The notes beneath the pieces were generated by a model, which searched no databases, had not been told where the DNA came from, and was given only the letters and a program-made list of their open reading frames with translations. Shown piece after piece: positions 35,091 through 47,851 of a stretch of 64,000 bases of DNA. Every line of letters begins with the position of its first letter. Positions within the stretch are counted from its first letter, which is position 1. The stretch is from Phyllosticta citribraziliensis (taxonomy: Eukaryota): NCBI RefSeq assembly GCF_038025025.1, contig NW_027117345.1, positions 1,054,001 to 1,118,000 on the forward strand, given 5' to 3'. A program made the translations under genes and the position numbers.

Positions 35091-36802
35091 TCATGGCGCC
35101 AAATGCCACCCGCTGCCTTTCCGTCTCGCCGTCTGTCCCAGTTTCCGGCGATCCAAGTGCAGGTCCTGGTGGCCAGTTCCGTTGGCTGCAATCTTTGCGT
35201 TTCCGCTCATATGTGCCACGCCATTCCTGATCGGACTCCGCGGCGGTGTCAGCGTCTTTAGAGTCGACGCTGCGTTACTGGCAAACTCATGCTTCGCGTC
35301 TAGAATGCGGCCGGCGGCGTAGGCGCATCCACCGAAAGCATGCCGGACGAGCGAGTCGCCGGTCAGAGAGCCGATGATGAAGACTTGCGGTGCAACTTCA
35401 AGATCAGTCTCCGCCTTGACACGGAGCGTTCGGCCGGAAATAAGTCGTCGTTCACCAGCGTCGTCTACTGCGGGGTGCAAGTCATGGTGTGGCTCGGGAC
35501 TTTGGTTGGTAAGCACCTCATCCCGAAGTGCTGGTTCAAGATAATCGAGTGAGCCGCGTCGTCCTACAACATACTGCAGGTCTCCGATTTCCTTGTCGAC
35601 TACCTCGCCTGATTCGAGGCGCAAGGTTACGGTCGCGCAGTCCGAATTCGACACAACATTTTGAACCTCGGCGTTGGCAAACCCTTCGTAGACACTGGCC
35701 CAGTCACGGTGACTGAAGAATGGATTCTTCTTCTTGCGCGTCAGCGGACTCGCCGCAGCTCTGCGCGTGCACGAGTTGAGCGCTGCTAGCTTCATCTGAC
35801 GATAGATTGTGGCGTATTCAGGGTAAGCCTGGTGATGGCATCCGCGCAAAGGCGACGGTCGGTCCTCTGGCGCCCATCGGAACAGGTGAATGATCTTGCG
35901 GTGTGAAGGTGTTGAAAGAATGACATCGGCGGCTGAGAAGCCAGAGCCGACTACAAGCAACGGCTTTGTGTCATTCTTGACCCTGGATATGGGAGCCAAG
36001 AGTGGCGGCGGGGCAAGGTTTGCCGTGAAGATTCCAGATGCGAGCACAAGGTGCTTGCAGCAGACGTTGTGCGACCCAATGTAGAATCCGTCCGTGGTCC
36101 GAGAGACGTTTTGGATTTTGATTCCAGTGCGAATGGAGCCGGCGATGCCAACAGCCTGCGGGTACGCGCGATAGTAACTGGCTACCTGGGCCCGAGTCGG
36201 CCTGAGAAACTGCGGAAGAGGTTTTCCGTATGTAGCTTGCCAATGATCTGGGAAAGAGTAGCCCGGCAGCGAGAGCATCTCTGCATAACTCAGCGTGCCT
36301 ATTTCGCTACTCGTCTCAACCGAATCCTCGGCCCATTGGCCACCAGCAAAAGTGGCCGTGCCGAGCGCAATGTGAGGAACGGCCTTGTCCGGTTCGTAAC
36401 GCCATTCAACGCATGATTCGGGGCTGATTTCGGTGTCGGCGTTGGGCCGAACGAGTGTGTCCAGAAGGACGTTGACCGGGAGCGCTTGCGTCGAGTAGCG
36501 GAGCGAGGACCGGAAATGGTCGTAGAGATCCGGAGTCAGGTCGAGCAAGTTGCGGCGAGATTCGAGCTTGGCGTGAAGAAGCGCGTCGTGATGAGGGCGT
36601 GAGTAGTAGGGAATATGGCCGTGGAGGATGTACGACAAGATCAAGGCAGAGGGCCCGTTGCCTGGCACATGTTAGTCTCACGATCCATTACATCACCGCG
36701 TGCGGACGGCGGAGGAGAGAGAAAGAGTGAAGAAGAAAAAGATGCGATGGGGCGCATACCGACAATGACGGTGTCAACGTCCCCGAGAGCGGATTGTGCC
36801 AT
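35091..36802 (-). CDS. FAD-dependent oxidoreductase, OSGIN (oxidative-stress-induced growth inhibitor) family
   Basis: Intron 36759-36662 gives DTVIVGNGPSALILSYILHGHIPYY (Rossmann); LLDTLVRPNADT, HIALG..GGQW, LVLASG, LLVVGSGFSAAD, GSLTGDSLVR..FGG resemble animal OSGIN1/2 motifs. Confidence 0.85.
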
Positions 36803-37376
36803 CGGAGACTGGTCAGGCGACGGGAATGAGCCATTGGAAGGAAGAGTGGTGTCGGGAGGAGTGGAAAATATAACATTGGTAGATTTGTCAGGCGGTTAGA
36901 GAGTATTCCGTAGAGCAGCCTTGTCCCGCGCGGAACTTGCTCGGTTCGCATGTGGGGGCCTGCTCGCGCGCCCGCGTCTTGTTGCCCAAACCAGCACCTT
37001 GGCCTCTGGCCCAGCCTTCTCCACCGCTGACCTCTCTTGTTGGTTGCTGTAACTTGCCCTTTGTAGACTGCATGTGGCATCCGTATCCTTCAACAATCAT
37101 GTGTCGGCACAATTACATCAACTCGCCGCTATCAATTCTCCTCTTCCGGCACGCGCCCGGCCGCTTTGTCATTGATTGTCTCGCCATGTCTACCACACTT
37201 GATCCTGACCCATGGCCATTTCCTCTCCAATGATTTGCTCCATTCACGCCATGCGGTATGCATCATCCGTGGCAAAGCGTCGGACATTTTCAAAGGAAGC
37301 CTCGGGCTCTTTCAGCGAGCATTGCATCCTCCGAAGCCTCTTGGACATTGCCGAACCCATCTGCTGCTATCTTGGC

Positions 37377-37906
37377 TCAAAACTCCTTGATGACATCTCC
37401 TCTGCGCTTCCCTCTCATGTAGTACTTGCCCTGTCAACCGTCGTCAGCGACGTCTGCCTCTGCCCTCCACTCTCTGTTGGTTGTATATCATGACGCTCGG
37501 ACATTGTCCAGTGCGACGGCCGGCCCGTTTCCCGTCCCCCTTCGACCTGTATCCACATATCCAGACCATCATCAAGACGACTCACCTCTGTGGCATAGGC
37601 AAGGTATCCGACCACGCTAGGGACGACAATGGCGTAGGCAATCGAGTACCATGCGGTCCTGGGTGTCCAGCGAAAGTACTTGTAGCGGTTTGGGCCGATG
37701 TCTGAGTACACCGGTTAGTCGAGCCATTGAAGCCGAAACAATCCTGAGGGAGCGGAATGCGCGAGTGGTCGCAACGCACCGGCTATCTTCTGCATAGCAG
37801 CGTCATCGTGGAGGACTGTTCGGAGTCGCTGTCAGCTGGGGGCTTCAGTGGCTTAGGACCAGGGTCGGCGCATGCTTTTCAGGTTACTGTTTGGACCGCC
37901 CGCCAT
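37377..37906 (-). CDS. NDUFB4: NADH:ubiquinone oxidoreductase accessory subunit B15/NDUFB4 (74 aa)
   Basis: Exons 37906-37888, 37815-37780, 37701-37586, 37430-37377 give MAGGPNILHDDAAMQKIADIGPNRYKYFRWTPRTAWYSIAYAIVVPSVVGYLAYATEGKYYMRGKRRGDVIKEF; NRYKYFRWTPRTA and KRRGD are hallmark motifs. Confidence 0.9.
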
Positions 37907-38505
37907 GGTGAAGTATCGACGTCGAGATGTTGTGGGGTATCAAAGCTGGGGAGAGCTGCTGATTGTAACGCCGACGGTTGGGTCGTTGCCCTGGTCCGGA
38001 CCTGAGACCTTGGCGCCGACTCCATTGACGGGCTCTGGCGGCCACGACTTATCGAATCTGTGTCACCTGAGAAGCATTCCTACCTACAGGTACCTTTCAA
38101 GATGGATACAAAATCAATGAGCCACTGTAACCCAGCTGCCATTGAGTACTCATGACGACGCCTTTGAACTGGATCTCATAGCCATTGTTTACAGCTCGCG
38201 AGCCGCCATCTCACGCCACCGCCTGGTCCGATCATCCGTTCAAAGACCAGCCTTTCCGCGTCTTCTGCCCCATGTCTTTGACCCCGCTCATTGGCGTCAC
38301 CACTTGAAGCTCCCGGACTATAAAACCATCGGCATCAAACGTCTTTTCAAAATACCTCGCTTTATCACAGTTCCTGCATGTGATACTCAGATATTCACAA
38401 CCACCGTCGAGCTACAGACAGACGTCTCCACTACGCTCGTTATCCAAAAGGACAACATCCCATTTGCTTGCGTCCATTAGCCGACAGGAACTCTCTCGAC
38501 TCACG

Positions 38506-39685
38506 ATGGCGGCAGAAGCCCAACAAGGCGCAAAAATCACGCTCCATTGGTGAGTTTTTGCATGGATTGCTTTCCACGAGTCTTCAACCAGCCTCTTGTC
38601 CCTTGTTAAGACATCAAAAATGGGCGTCTGGCGCAAAAGCTTGATACGTTTCGGCGGGGCCATCGGGTCAACCCGAGTTTTGGAGTGTGCAGCGAACCTC
38701 GAGAGTTCTTGAGCCTTGAGCTACATCAGTCGGGAATGTCCGTCTACAGCAAGATCAACGTCTCAAACAGTCTTTGGGCGGCAGAAAATACTCTTTTTGG
38801 GCCTTCTCTTGCGTTTCCGATTTGGCTTTTCCGCATCACATGCTTTCTAAAGACGAATTGCAAAAAAACAAAACTCATCACTAACAACACCTCTGTAGGC
38901 TTGACAAGTCACGATCACACCGCATTCTTTGGTTGCTTGAAGAGATGAAGCTCGACTACGAACTAAAAGTATACTACCGCAACGACGACAAACTGGCGCC
39001 GCCAGAGCTCAAAGGCGTACATCCTTTAGGGAAGTCGCCTGTCTTGGGTGTTCAACCAGCTGGTGCAGAAAACCCAGTCATTCTGGCCGAGAGTGCAGCA
39101 ATCACCGAATACTTGACTGATTATTTTGGGCAATGGATGGTTCCGAAACGATACAAAGAGGGGGAAGAAGGAAAAGTGGGCGCAGAGACGGAGCAATGGC
39201 TGAGATATCGATTCTACATGCACTATGCCGAAGGCAGCATCATGCCCCTTTTGGTGGTCTCGTTGATCATGCACAGTAAGCTCTTCTTCCGTGCAATTCC
39301 TGAAAGCATTGTACTTACTCGTCTTCCAGCCATCAAGAACGCGCCAGTGCCATTCTTCGTCAAACCAATCACCCGCACGATTGCGAGCAAAGTAGAGGGT
39401 GCATTTCTCACTCCAAACTTCAAGACACACTTTTCCTTCCTGGAGGACCAGCTTGAGACTTCCCCCGAAGGCGGCGAGTACTTGTGTGGAAAAGATGTTA
39501 CAGCCGCTGACATCCTCATGAGCTTTCCGTTGGAAGGAGCTGAACTGAAGGGTGTGTTGACCAAAGAGGCTTATCCCAAGACTTTCGCCTACCTGGAGAA
39601 GTTACACCAAAGAGACGCGTATAAGAAGGCTGGCCAGAAGATCAAAGAAACAACGGGCAAGGAATACGACCCGAATATTTTCTAG
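38506..39685 (+). CDS. Glutathione S-transferase, GTT1-like class
   Basis: Introns 38550-38898 and 39276-39329. KITLHWLDKSRSHRILWLLEE, HPLGKSP, LAESAAI, YMHYAEGS, TAADILMSFPL. TATAAAA near 38319. Confidence 0.93.
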
Positions 39686-41044
39686 GCCTGATCAAAGTGG
39701 AGCATGTCGCGATTGACGGCGGGGCCCGCGACTGTGGATGGAAATTGTAAATAAGATGATATCTGCGATTATGATTGGCGCTCGGTCGTATCGTTTGGCT
39801 AACCTTTACCTCTTGAAACCTTCTTGACCCCCCAGTGAAATGACTTTCTAGGTACAGTGGCGGTTCAGCCACCGCATGTCGAGATGGACTGCATCGCTGT
39901 GGCATCAAGGAACACAACTACGGGAAATGGCATGCGGCATCCCGTCGTCGACATGGCTTGGCTGGGCTTGGACAGCACGCTCGCGAAGCCAAGAAGTACA
40001 AATGAAGTCAAGTTGCAGCGGTCCCGGTGGCGGAGAGCCAAGTCGCGCTCCACGGAGGACCGCGAAGCACCCGCGGAGCTGGTGTTGTCGTCGTGCCCAG
40101 CCGGGACGCGTCCATGGAACGGGGCCGGACAGCCCGGTCTGCCGTGTCTGTCGCGTCTCGGACGAGCTCATGAGCCGCAAGGCGCCGAGATGGAGTTAAC
40201 GGGAGTTTGCAGAGGGGGCGGGGCGGGTGTTGCGGTTGTGCTGGTGGTTATCAGATGATTTTACTTCCTCGTTCCTCGTTCCAAACCTGACGTAGTCCCC
40301 GGGAGCCGACCTTACCCCAAATGGATATGCCACACCCAAAAATGATTACAGTGCAAGCCAACTCCGGTTTGTCATCCACACTGGCACTTGAAAACGACGA
40401 CTTTGTCTCATGTCGACCAGGGGAGCATCTTGAGGCAAAAATCAAGATCAACAACATGAGCATGGTATCCATCCGCAACCTCGCGTCGCCACAATTGGCG
40501 ACGCAAGCGGCTGCTGCCTTTAGAGCCCGGGATACCTGGAATCATGCGAGTGAAGGTGCACGATACCCAGCTTGCCACACACATTCGGACACAGCCGCCT
40601 GCTGCACGAGCGGCCCGTCTCTTCCCAGGGCAGTGGACGGCAACTGTCGATTGCGGAGGAGGCTTTCCAGGCAGACCCGGCGGAAGCGTGTTCTGACTGA
40701 CCCATCCGTTCCGCTATACAAGAGCCTCACGATTGTAAATAAGAGCCTCGGCCTCGGACCGGTCTCTTGATCAATAAGTAAGCTCTCGCTTTCCTACAGA
40801 GCACAAATATCCAGCAAAGGTGCCCATGTACCATCAAGGCCGAGCGGTCAATCCCATCTTTCCTCACTGGACTCGTCGTCCAGTACCAGAAGTTGCCGCG
40901 GGCAGTGCACTTCAAAGCAACTCTCAAGTTGGACCATCGGCACAAGATCAAGACATGTCCAGTCTGACGTGGACATATCAGAAGGGACAGAGAAAAGGGC
41001 ATCTGCAGTGTACAGTTCTGCGTTGACCGGAGCAAGACGTTGGA

Positions 41045-43597
41045 ATGGCGGGCCAGCCGGGCCGCAGAGGCCAGGGGCCCCGCCGAGGACGCCGAGGACA
41101 CGCTGACCAAACGCGGACAAATCCAATCCCAAACCCACCAGTCTTTGCTTCTACCAATCCGCCATCTCTTCCACAGCGCAGCGTTCATGGAGCGCATCAA
41201 GAGCAGAGAGGGCGCGTCGCGAGCGAACCAATCGTCCAAGCTGGCGCCTCAATAACCACGAATCCTGCCATTAGCGCCCCCGGTCCCTTCTCAGTGGCCT
41301 TTGCACAATCTCAGGCATCATCGACATCTGTTCAAACACCATCCCAGACGTCGCTCTCCCGGCCCTTCCAAGAGGCCGAGTTTTGGGACTTGGACCGCGC
41401 CATCGATTTCACCGACGTCGCCCGTTTCTACGAGCCTACCGGCGAGCTCGCGCATGAACGACAACCAGAGGCGCGAGATTACAACATCCCGCAGCCCATT
41501 CGACCCTCTGCGACACTTGGCCAAGCTCCCGGTGTCCAACCAACCGCGGCTGAGCCTTTGGGCTTCCCTTTTCTGTTCGAAAGCTTGTCTTCCGTGTCAG
41601 AGTTCGCGCCGCCCACGCCTCGTGCACCAATATCGCCGCAGGTGCGACGATCCAGCATGAAGAGGAAAGCCGGCGGAGAGTCATCGCCGGACGAGGCGAC
41701 GACGCGAACGCTGCAGTTTTCCCCTGACCCGTCGATGCAGGCGCCGGCTGCCAAGCGCCCCGAAATCCAGCGCTCGTCCAAGTCACGTTCTTCCTCTTTG
41801 GCGGATGATCCGATTGTGACGGCAGCGCCGGGATTGGCTCAAGCATCCGCTCGCGCGCCGCAGCCACCGCAGTCTTCAGTCGCCACTGCATCGCCCGAGA
41901 CTTCCGTCAGCCAGCCAAGCGGACAGACAGCTACTGCGAGCGATCCGAACGCGCCATCTGCAGAGGGGCAAGCAGGCCAGCAAAGGTCGAGAAAAATCGC
42001 TGAACTCGGTACCAACTATTCGGCAGTCTTGCCCGCTGGAAAGGTATTCCCAGTCCAAATTGGCCCGGAGCTCTTCAGGCTCTCCGGGGCGTCAATATCT
42101 TCTGATGGTGAGTAGGCATTGGATGAGACTTGGTTGAAAAGCAGTGCTTGCACTCAAATTCAATCACAGTCTCATGAGCTTCCCTTGTGACTTGAGTTTG
42201 GTTGTCACGTACCATCAATCATCTCTCCGGTTTTCTTTGGTACACTCGCTAAGGCTGCTAGAGCGCCCTCATATTTCTCGCATTTTTTTGCGGACCAATT
42301 GTACAACAACCCCTCGGCAAGAGCGGGTGATGTCAAGACATTATACATTGATCGAGATCCGGCCACGTTCAAGGACATTACCCTACACCTTCAAGGTTAC
42401 TATGTCAAACCTCGAGATGGAGAGCATTTCGTCAAGCTATTTGCAGACGCTCAATTCTACAGTCTGCCCCGGTTGACTCAGCAACTTTTCAAGTCTGAAA
42501 TTTTCATTCAGATTGGCAATCGCGATTTCCAGATACCCCGAGATATTTTCTCTTCCCCTGGCGATTCACCAAATTTTTTTTCCTTGGGTTTTGCGCATTT
42601 CTTTACCACACCCTCCCAGGTTTTCCCAGGACTCGACCGCCAAACCCTTCTCCGGCCACCTTCCATAGCACCCCCCGCAGTACCAGGCAGATCAGGGGAC
42701 GTTTTTGCGGACCTCCTCCGTCTTCTTCAGGGATATCCCGTACACGTGAGGGACGAAAACCACCGTGCCGATCTATTGAGAGACGCCAAATACTTCCACC
42801 TGAAAGGTCTTGAGCAGAAGCTTCTCCCTTGCGAAATCAGTTTTAATCTCGCCCGCGACAAACACGAGATACTACTGCGGCTAGAGGACATACGGCAGTC
42901 TGGCATCTCCTATTGCCCTGACCCTGCACCAAGTTTGTCCGCCTCCGGTTCCGCCTCCGGCGGCAACATGGGCGGCCCTGTGTCACCAAGTCCAGCGCCT
43001 CCCCGGAATGGCTGGGTAAATTACGCACGCCCGTATACTGACGACTCGGCACGCGAGCTGATAGTCGAAATATCGGGCGAATCGATGCGCTTCGACCCAC
43101 AAGCAATGCGAGCCAGCTTCTTCGGCCAGACCAAGGCACGCATCACGTCACTTTTCCAAGTCATCTCCAACAAGATGGGCGTTGCACTCAGCCAATCCCT
43201 TGGACCCGTGGCTACGCAGACAGGAGGTCCGGCGCCGTCACCTAGCACCCCCGGCCCCAGCGTTGAAAAAGTCAAGATTTCAGTTGGGGCGGACGCGTGG
43301 ATTCAGCTGGATGGTGAACGCGTCTTTTGTGACAAGCGCGACAGAGAGGGCGCGCCGATCAACCCTCAAAGCTCTCTGCTGCACCGGCTGAAGCGGGCGC
43401 GAGAAAAAGACAGGGGTTGTGATGTGGATGAGAGCATGCCCGAGTGGGTTGTTAATAGAGGCCACTGGAGGCTGAGGCTGCAGGTGATCAATCAAGATGG
43501 CGAGCATAGGGTTGAGGTCGTTCTCTGTGCAGTCAAGCTCGAAGCCTTGTCTGGTGAAAGAGCACGGAATGGCAAGAGGGGTTTCTTTGCGGCATGA
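41045..43597 (+). CDS. Double BTB/POZ-domain protein (yeast YLR108C/YDR132C-like)
   Basis: Intron 42108-42263 gives KVFPVQIGPELFRLSGASISSDAPSYFSHFF...TLYIDRDPATFKDITLHLQGY...LFADAQFYSLPRL; second BTB FIQIGNRDF...FADLLRLLQGY...LLRDAKYFHLKGL. Start uncertain. Confidence 0.88.
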
Positions 43598-45113
43598 AAA
43601 AGCTAGTTGGAGTTATTGCAGTTTGGCGGCCCACCATGCTATGCATCTTGTGTCTTGTCGGTCCATTTTGTTCCCAATCTTTTTCTACTTCTTGCGCGTT
43701 TTTGGTTTGTTACGTTCAGCCTAAAACCCTAGAGCTTGTACAGCACACTGTGAATATCGGTAGATATTATATATTTGTCACCATTTCCACTCCAGGCCTG
43801 TCCCAGTGAGAATGTCTACGGTTTGTGCCGTACTTGACGTAGGGCGGGCATTAAGCAAGTCACCTACAGTAGGTATAGCGAAAGTCTAACAGCAGAGGAT
43901 AACGGGCCCCGAGATTCAGAATTCCAAACTGCAGCTACCCGTTTAGCCACCTGCAACTCAAACTCTCTTAAAGATAGCCAAGATCTTGCGTCATCCCTGC
44001 ATTTGGATAGACGGAATCATCCGCCGATCACCAAGCCCGTACCACGTTGCTGCCAAACATGAAGTCAAAGAGTTTGAGATGTGCGTGTCTTCCTATTTGG
44101 TACTAGTGCAGATCACCCGACTTAGTCAGCGCCTCGGTTCCTAGTCAACAACTTTTTCGTCAACCGCCAACCTTTCTTCCTCATCGGCGTTTCCGACGAC
44201 ACGATGCCAGTCATCGGCACCACAACGATCGCAATGGCTGCAGATTGATGAAGCAGCTTGTGCATATGGCGACGATGTCTCGCGCTTACCATTGGCTCTA
44301 GCGGCTCAGCTAATATGCAGGTCTCGTTCCTCGTCCAACGGGCGGCTCGTCAAGGTACGCAAATTTTTTCTTCCTTCGCACCCCTTCACCATGATGATAC
44401 AACCTTTTGCATAGTTCATCCGACGGCAATACGCCACTGGAGACAAAAACTCACACATCTTTCGCTCCTATCTGATCTCTCACCTTCACCTCGCAATTTT
44501 CGCCAGTCGTTGCCGACTCGTTGCTAACTGCTTTGAAGTCTTAGGTCATCAGCCAATTGGCACGCGGCTTGTACATTTCGTTGGCGACGATGCGGTCGGG
44601 ACGAGTCGGGACGAGACGAGCGACGCAGGCGTACGAACGATGCCGTGGTGCGATCCGTCCAAGAGGCTATCGCTGTTTAGAAATACCATATTCTTCCCTA
44701 TCAAAACTTTGCATTTCATCTACAACATTCGGGCCCAGTCACACGGCGAGCTACGTGCGGCACCCTTGAGAGTGACTTCAACATGCTGCTTGGACACATG
44801 GACTTTGAGAAAGATCAAGGTTTGTTTCTCAAACTCCTACAAGCGAATCGCCCATGAGGCTGAAGTTGAACAGCGAGAAAGACGCGAAAGCGCTCTCCTT
44901 CCGCAAGCAGCTAGCAGGGCTTCTTGCAGTCAACATCAACAGCCAAACGTTTGCTTGTCATCACTTTGAGGGGCCCCGTTACTGCGTTTCAACCTGTTTG
45001 TCTATCTTCTGATTTCGATGCAATGCCAAAGAGAGGGATGAAGTCAAAGGCTGTCGCTGTCCGGGACAGCAAGTCTATTCATACATGATTACGGGGTCTG
45101 TTCAACCCTCTTT

Positions 45114-45635
45114 CTAAGCAGTCGCGGCCTCAGCCTCAACAGGCACACCGACGGCCTCCTCATCCCACTCAGGCTCAGGCTCGGCCTCAGCATCCGCCTT
45201 GGGCTCGGCCTCGGCCTCCGCAGCCCTTCCTCCCAAAAGCACACCCTTCGCATTCGCCGGGCTGCACCGCCAACTGCTTCCAATGTTGTTGAACCCGTTG
45301 CGCGCCAGGTTGCTCGAACCGGGATACGTCAATGAGATGCTGCGGCCCTTGCAGTTCCAGTTCTCATACAGGGTGCAGTAGTAGTTGCGCGGCGGGCCAA
45401 ACGACGAGATCTGGTTGTTCCAACCCGCGGGCGCGTTGTTGCAGAGGGAGAAGCGCTCCGGGTGGAAGGAGCAGGGGCCGTTCCAGAAGGGGCCTTTGCA
45501 GATGTACAGGCCGAGGGGCGCGGCGCGGGGGTTGAACGACGTCGTGTCGTCAAGGGAAGAAGGGGAGGTGGTGGGTGCGCTGGCGGAGAGAGTGGCGAGG
45601 GAGAGGAGAGCGGCGGGGATGGTGGTGAGCTTCAT
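45114..45635 (-). CDS. Small secreted Cys-containing protein with beta/gamma-crystallin-like (Greek key) domain and acidic X-Ala/X-Pro tail
   Basis: Signal peptide MKLTTIPAALLSLATLSASA; LYICKGPFWNGPC...WNNQISSFGP...CTLYENWNCKG...FNNIGSSWRC (two N-x-x-S-S crystallin-type motifs, 6 Cys); strong GC3 codon bias; TATATA upstream at ~45748. Confidence 0.85.
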   Translation of the reverse strand: MKLTTIPAALLSLATLSASAPTTSPSSLDDTTSFNPRAAPLGLYICKGPFWNGPCSFHPERFSLCNNAPAGWNNQISSFGPPRNYYCTLYENWNCKGRSISLTYPGSSNLARNGFNNIGSSWRCSPANAKGVLLGGRAAEAEAEPKADAEAEPEPEWDEEAVGVPVEAEAATA

Positions 45636-46460
45636 GTTTGGCAAGTGTTTGGTTTGTTCGTGCAACGATGGACTGGGGTCAGTTGTTGACTGGTGGAGCA
45701 GAAAGAGAGAGCAAGAGCGCGTCGCTCTGAGCGCCTCGAGGGACGAATATATACATGGACTGCGGCTCTCTCGCTTCCTGTCCATCCACGCCTACCAAGC
45801 CGTCTGGCCCCGTCTATCGTCCGTCCTCTTCCTCCTGTAGACCCTCGACAATATCACCCACAAGCTCCGCGTGGCTCCACAAAGATCGTCATCGCCCTTT
45901 GACGCCATGCTTCCTCCATTGTCTCCAGCGCCGTCGCGTGCCCATTCGTTTGTCATGAGGGTTTGTCTCCAGCGACAATATCAAGCCCCTTTGGGACGCG
46001 CGACAACAATATCAACGACGGTCTTGGCTTTTGACGACGTTGTTGAGTCACGACCACAACCATCCACAGGACTGGATCATGGCTAAGTGTGCGATGGAGT
46101 GGCCCATGTTGTCACTGCTGCTGTTGCCTCTAGTTCTGCGGGGGGGTATGAGGCAGAGTTGCATGGCTCTGGACCGTTCTCTGCTCTGTCAGTACGAGCC
46201 GTTGACTCAAGCGATGGCGAGTTCCCACCACAAGCACTTCTTTGATACAGTCCCCGAAAGAAACAAAAACTCCATTCTATCCTCATCGGCGCGTTGCGGC
46301 GAAAGCGCAGCAAGACGACGACGGTACGGTACAGTAGCAAAGTAAACGACCCGCCAAAGTGGCAATCATCCTGATCCATCTATCCAACTCTCCTCCATAT
46401 CCTGCCGCACACTGAACCGACCCCTCGAATCGCTTTCCACCCGCCTTTCCCCCACCTCCC

Positions 46461-47851
46461 TCAGCCACCACTACGAGGCTTCAGACCCAAGAGAGATGCG
46501 TCCACAGGGTCGACCGCTTTCGCAGAGAACAGGTCACATTCAGCAAAATCGGGCATCTTGGGAAGTTCTGGCGTCAAACTTCCCTGGGCCGCCGCGTCGC
46601 GGGCGCCCTCAACCGCACCCCTCCAGTCGAAATCTCCGTCGTCCATGTACGTTCTGTCTTTTCTGGGCTTGAAGGCGTCGGCTAGCGCCTGGCGTGCGCG
46701 CTCACTGCCGAATTCGCCGTTGCTACCGCGGGCGCGGCGGGCGAGACGTCGGATGTTTGCGTGCTTCTCGTCGGTGACTGCAGCCGACTGGGGTGATGAT
46801 GAGGTCCGGATTTTTGGGGTGCCGGGGGCGTCGGCCGTGGTGGTGGTGTCCCAGGTGATGGGATGAGTGTCGAGGGCTTTGGTGAAGAGGCTGCTGTCAC
46901 CGATGCCACTACCGCCGCCGCTGATGCCATTGCGGTGCAGTGTAGATGGACCTGCATGCGGATAGGTGGTGCACGATGATGTGGGAAAGTTGCCGCGTTG
47001 CTGTTGGATTGAGTCGGACGACTGAGGCTGTGCGCGATTCGTGAGGACGTCGCGAGAAGGCTCGAAAAAGCGAAAAGGTGGTTGATGAGAAGCGTTCTTC
47101 CCAGCAAGAGGGCGGTGCTGCTTCTTTTCCGGAAGCTGCTCTGCTCCACCATGTCTACCTGCGTTGGTCTCTTCATGACTGAGCGCCTGGTTGATCAGTT
47201 TCAAGACGGGGACCGCAAAGGCGCGCTCCACGGCCAACTCGATCAGCGTCTGCATCTTGGGGTCGATGTGGTCGAACTCGCAGTCGCTGTCCGTGTAGGG
47301 AGAGCAGTCAATCACCTCCTGGTACTTGATGCGTGCCCGGCCGTGGTCGTCGTCTCCAAAGGGGGCCTCGCTGGAAGTGAGCTTGGGTTCGATGCGCTTG
47401 TTGTTCCAGGTGGGCAGGTAGCGCGCAGCATCTTCGTGGGAGGTGTCGGTGGGGGTGGCCACAGGCAGCTTGGTGGCGTCCGGGCTGTGGGTGTTGTTGA
47501 GGTCCGCCCAGCTGATACGCTTGGCCCGTTTGCCGCCGTTGCCAATCGCTTCGTCGACTTCTTCTTTGGACATGTCGTAAATACGTGCTACCAGCAAAGT
47601 ATCAGTCTAAATTCTGTTGGCAGCGGAGTATTCGAAACGGGTGGTCGCTTCGGAGGAGCGATCGTGATGCTGTGCGACATACATGTGGGTTCTCTCTTCC
47701 TTTTCAGGACACTCGACAACATAGGCCTTTTGTTCCTGTAATTCTCCCTCCAGCGGTCGCCAGAAGACTGTAAGCCACGCGATCCAGTGTCCCAGCCCTT
47801 TGGGGGAGCGTTCCTCTCGACCGAGCGGGGATACTTGCGCCCGTCTGCCAT
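46461..47851 (-). CDS. Hypothetical protein, no recognised domain
   Basis: Exon 47851-47683, intron 47682-47588 (GTATGT..CTGAT..GGTAG), then the 378-codon ORF in frame; coding-like codon usage. Confidence 0.65.
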
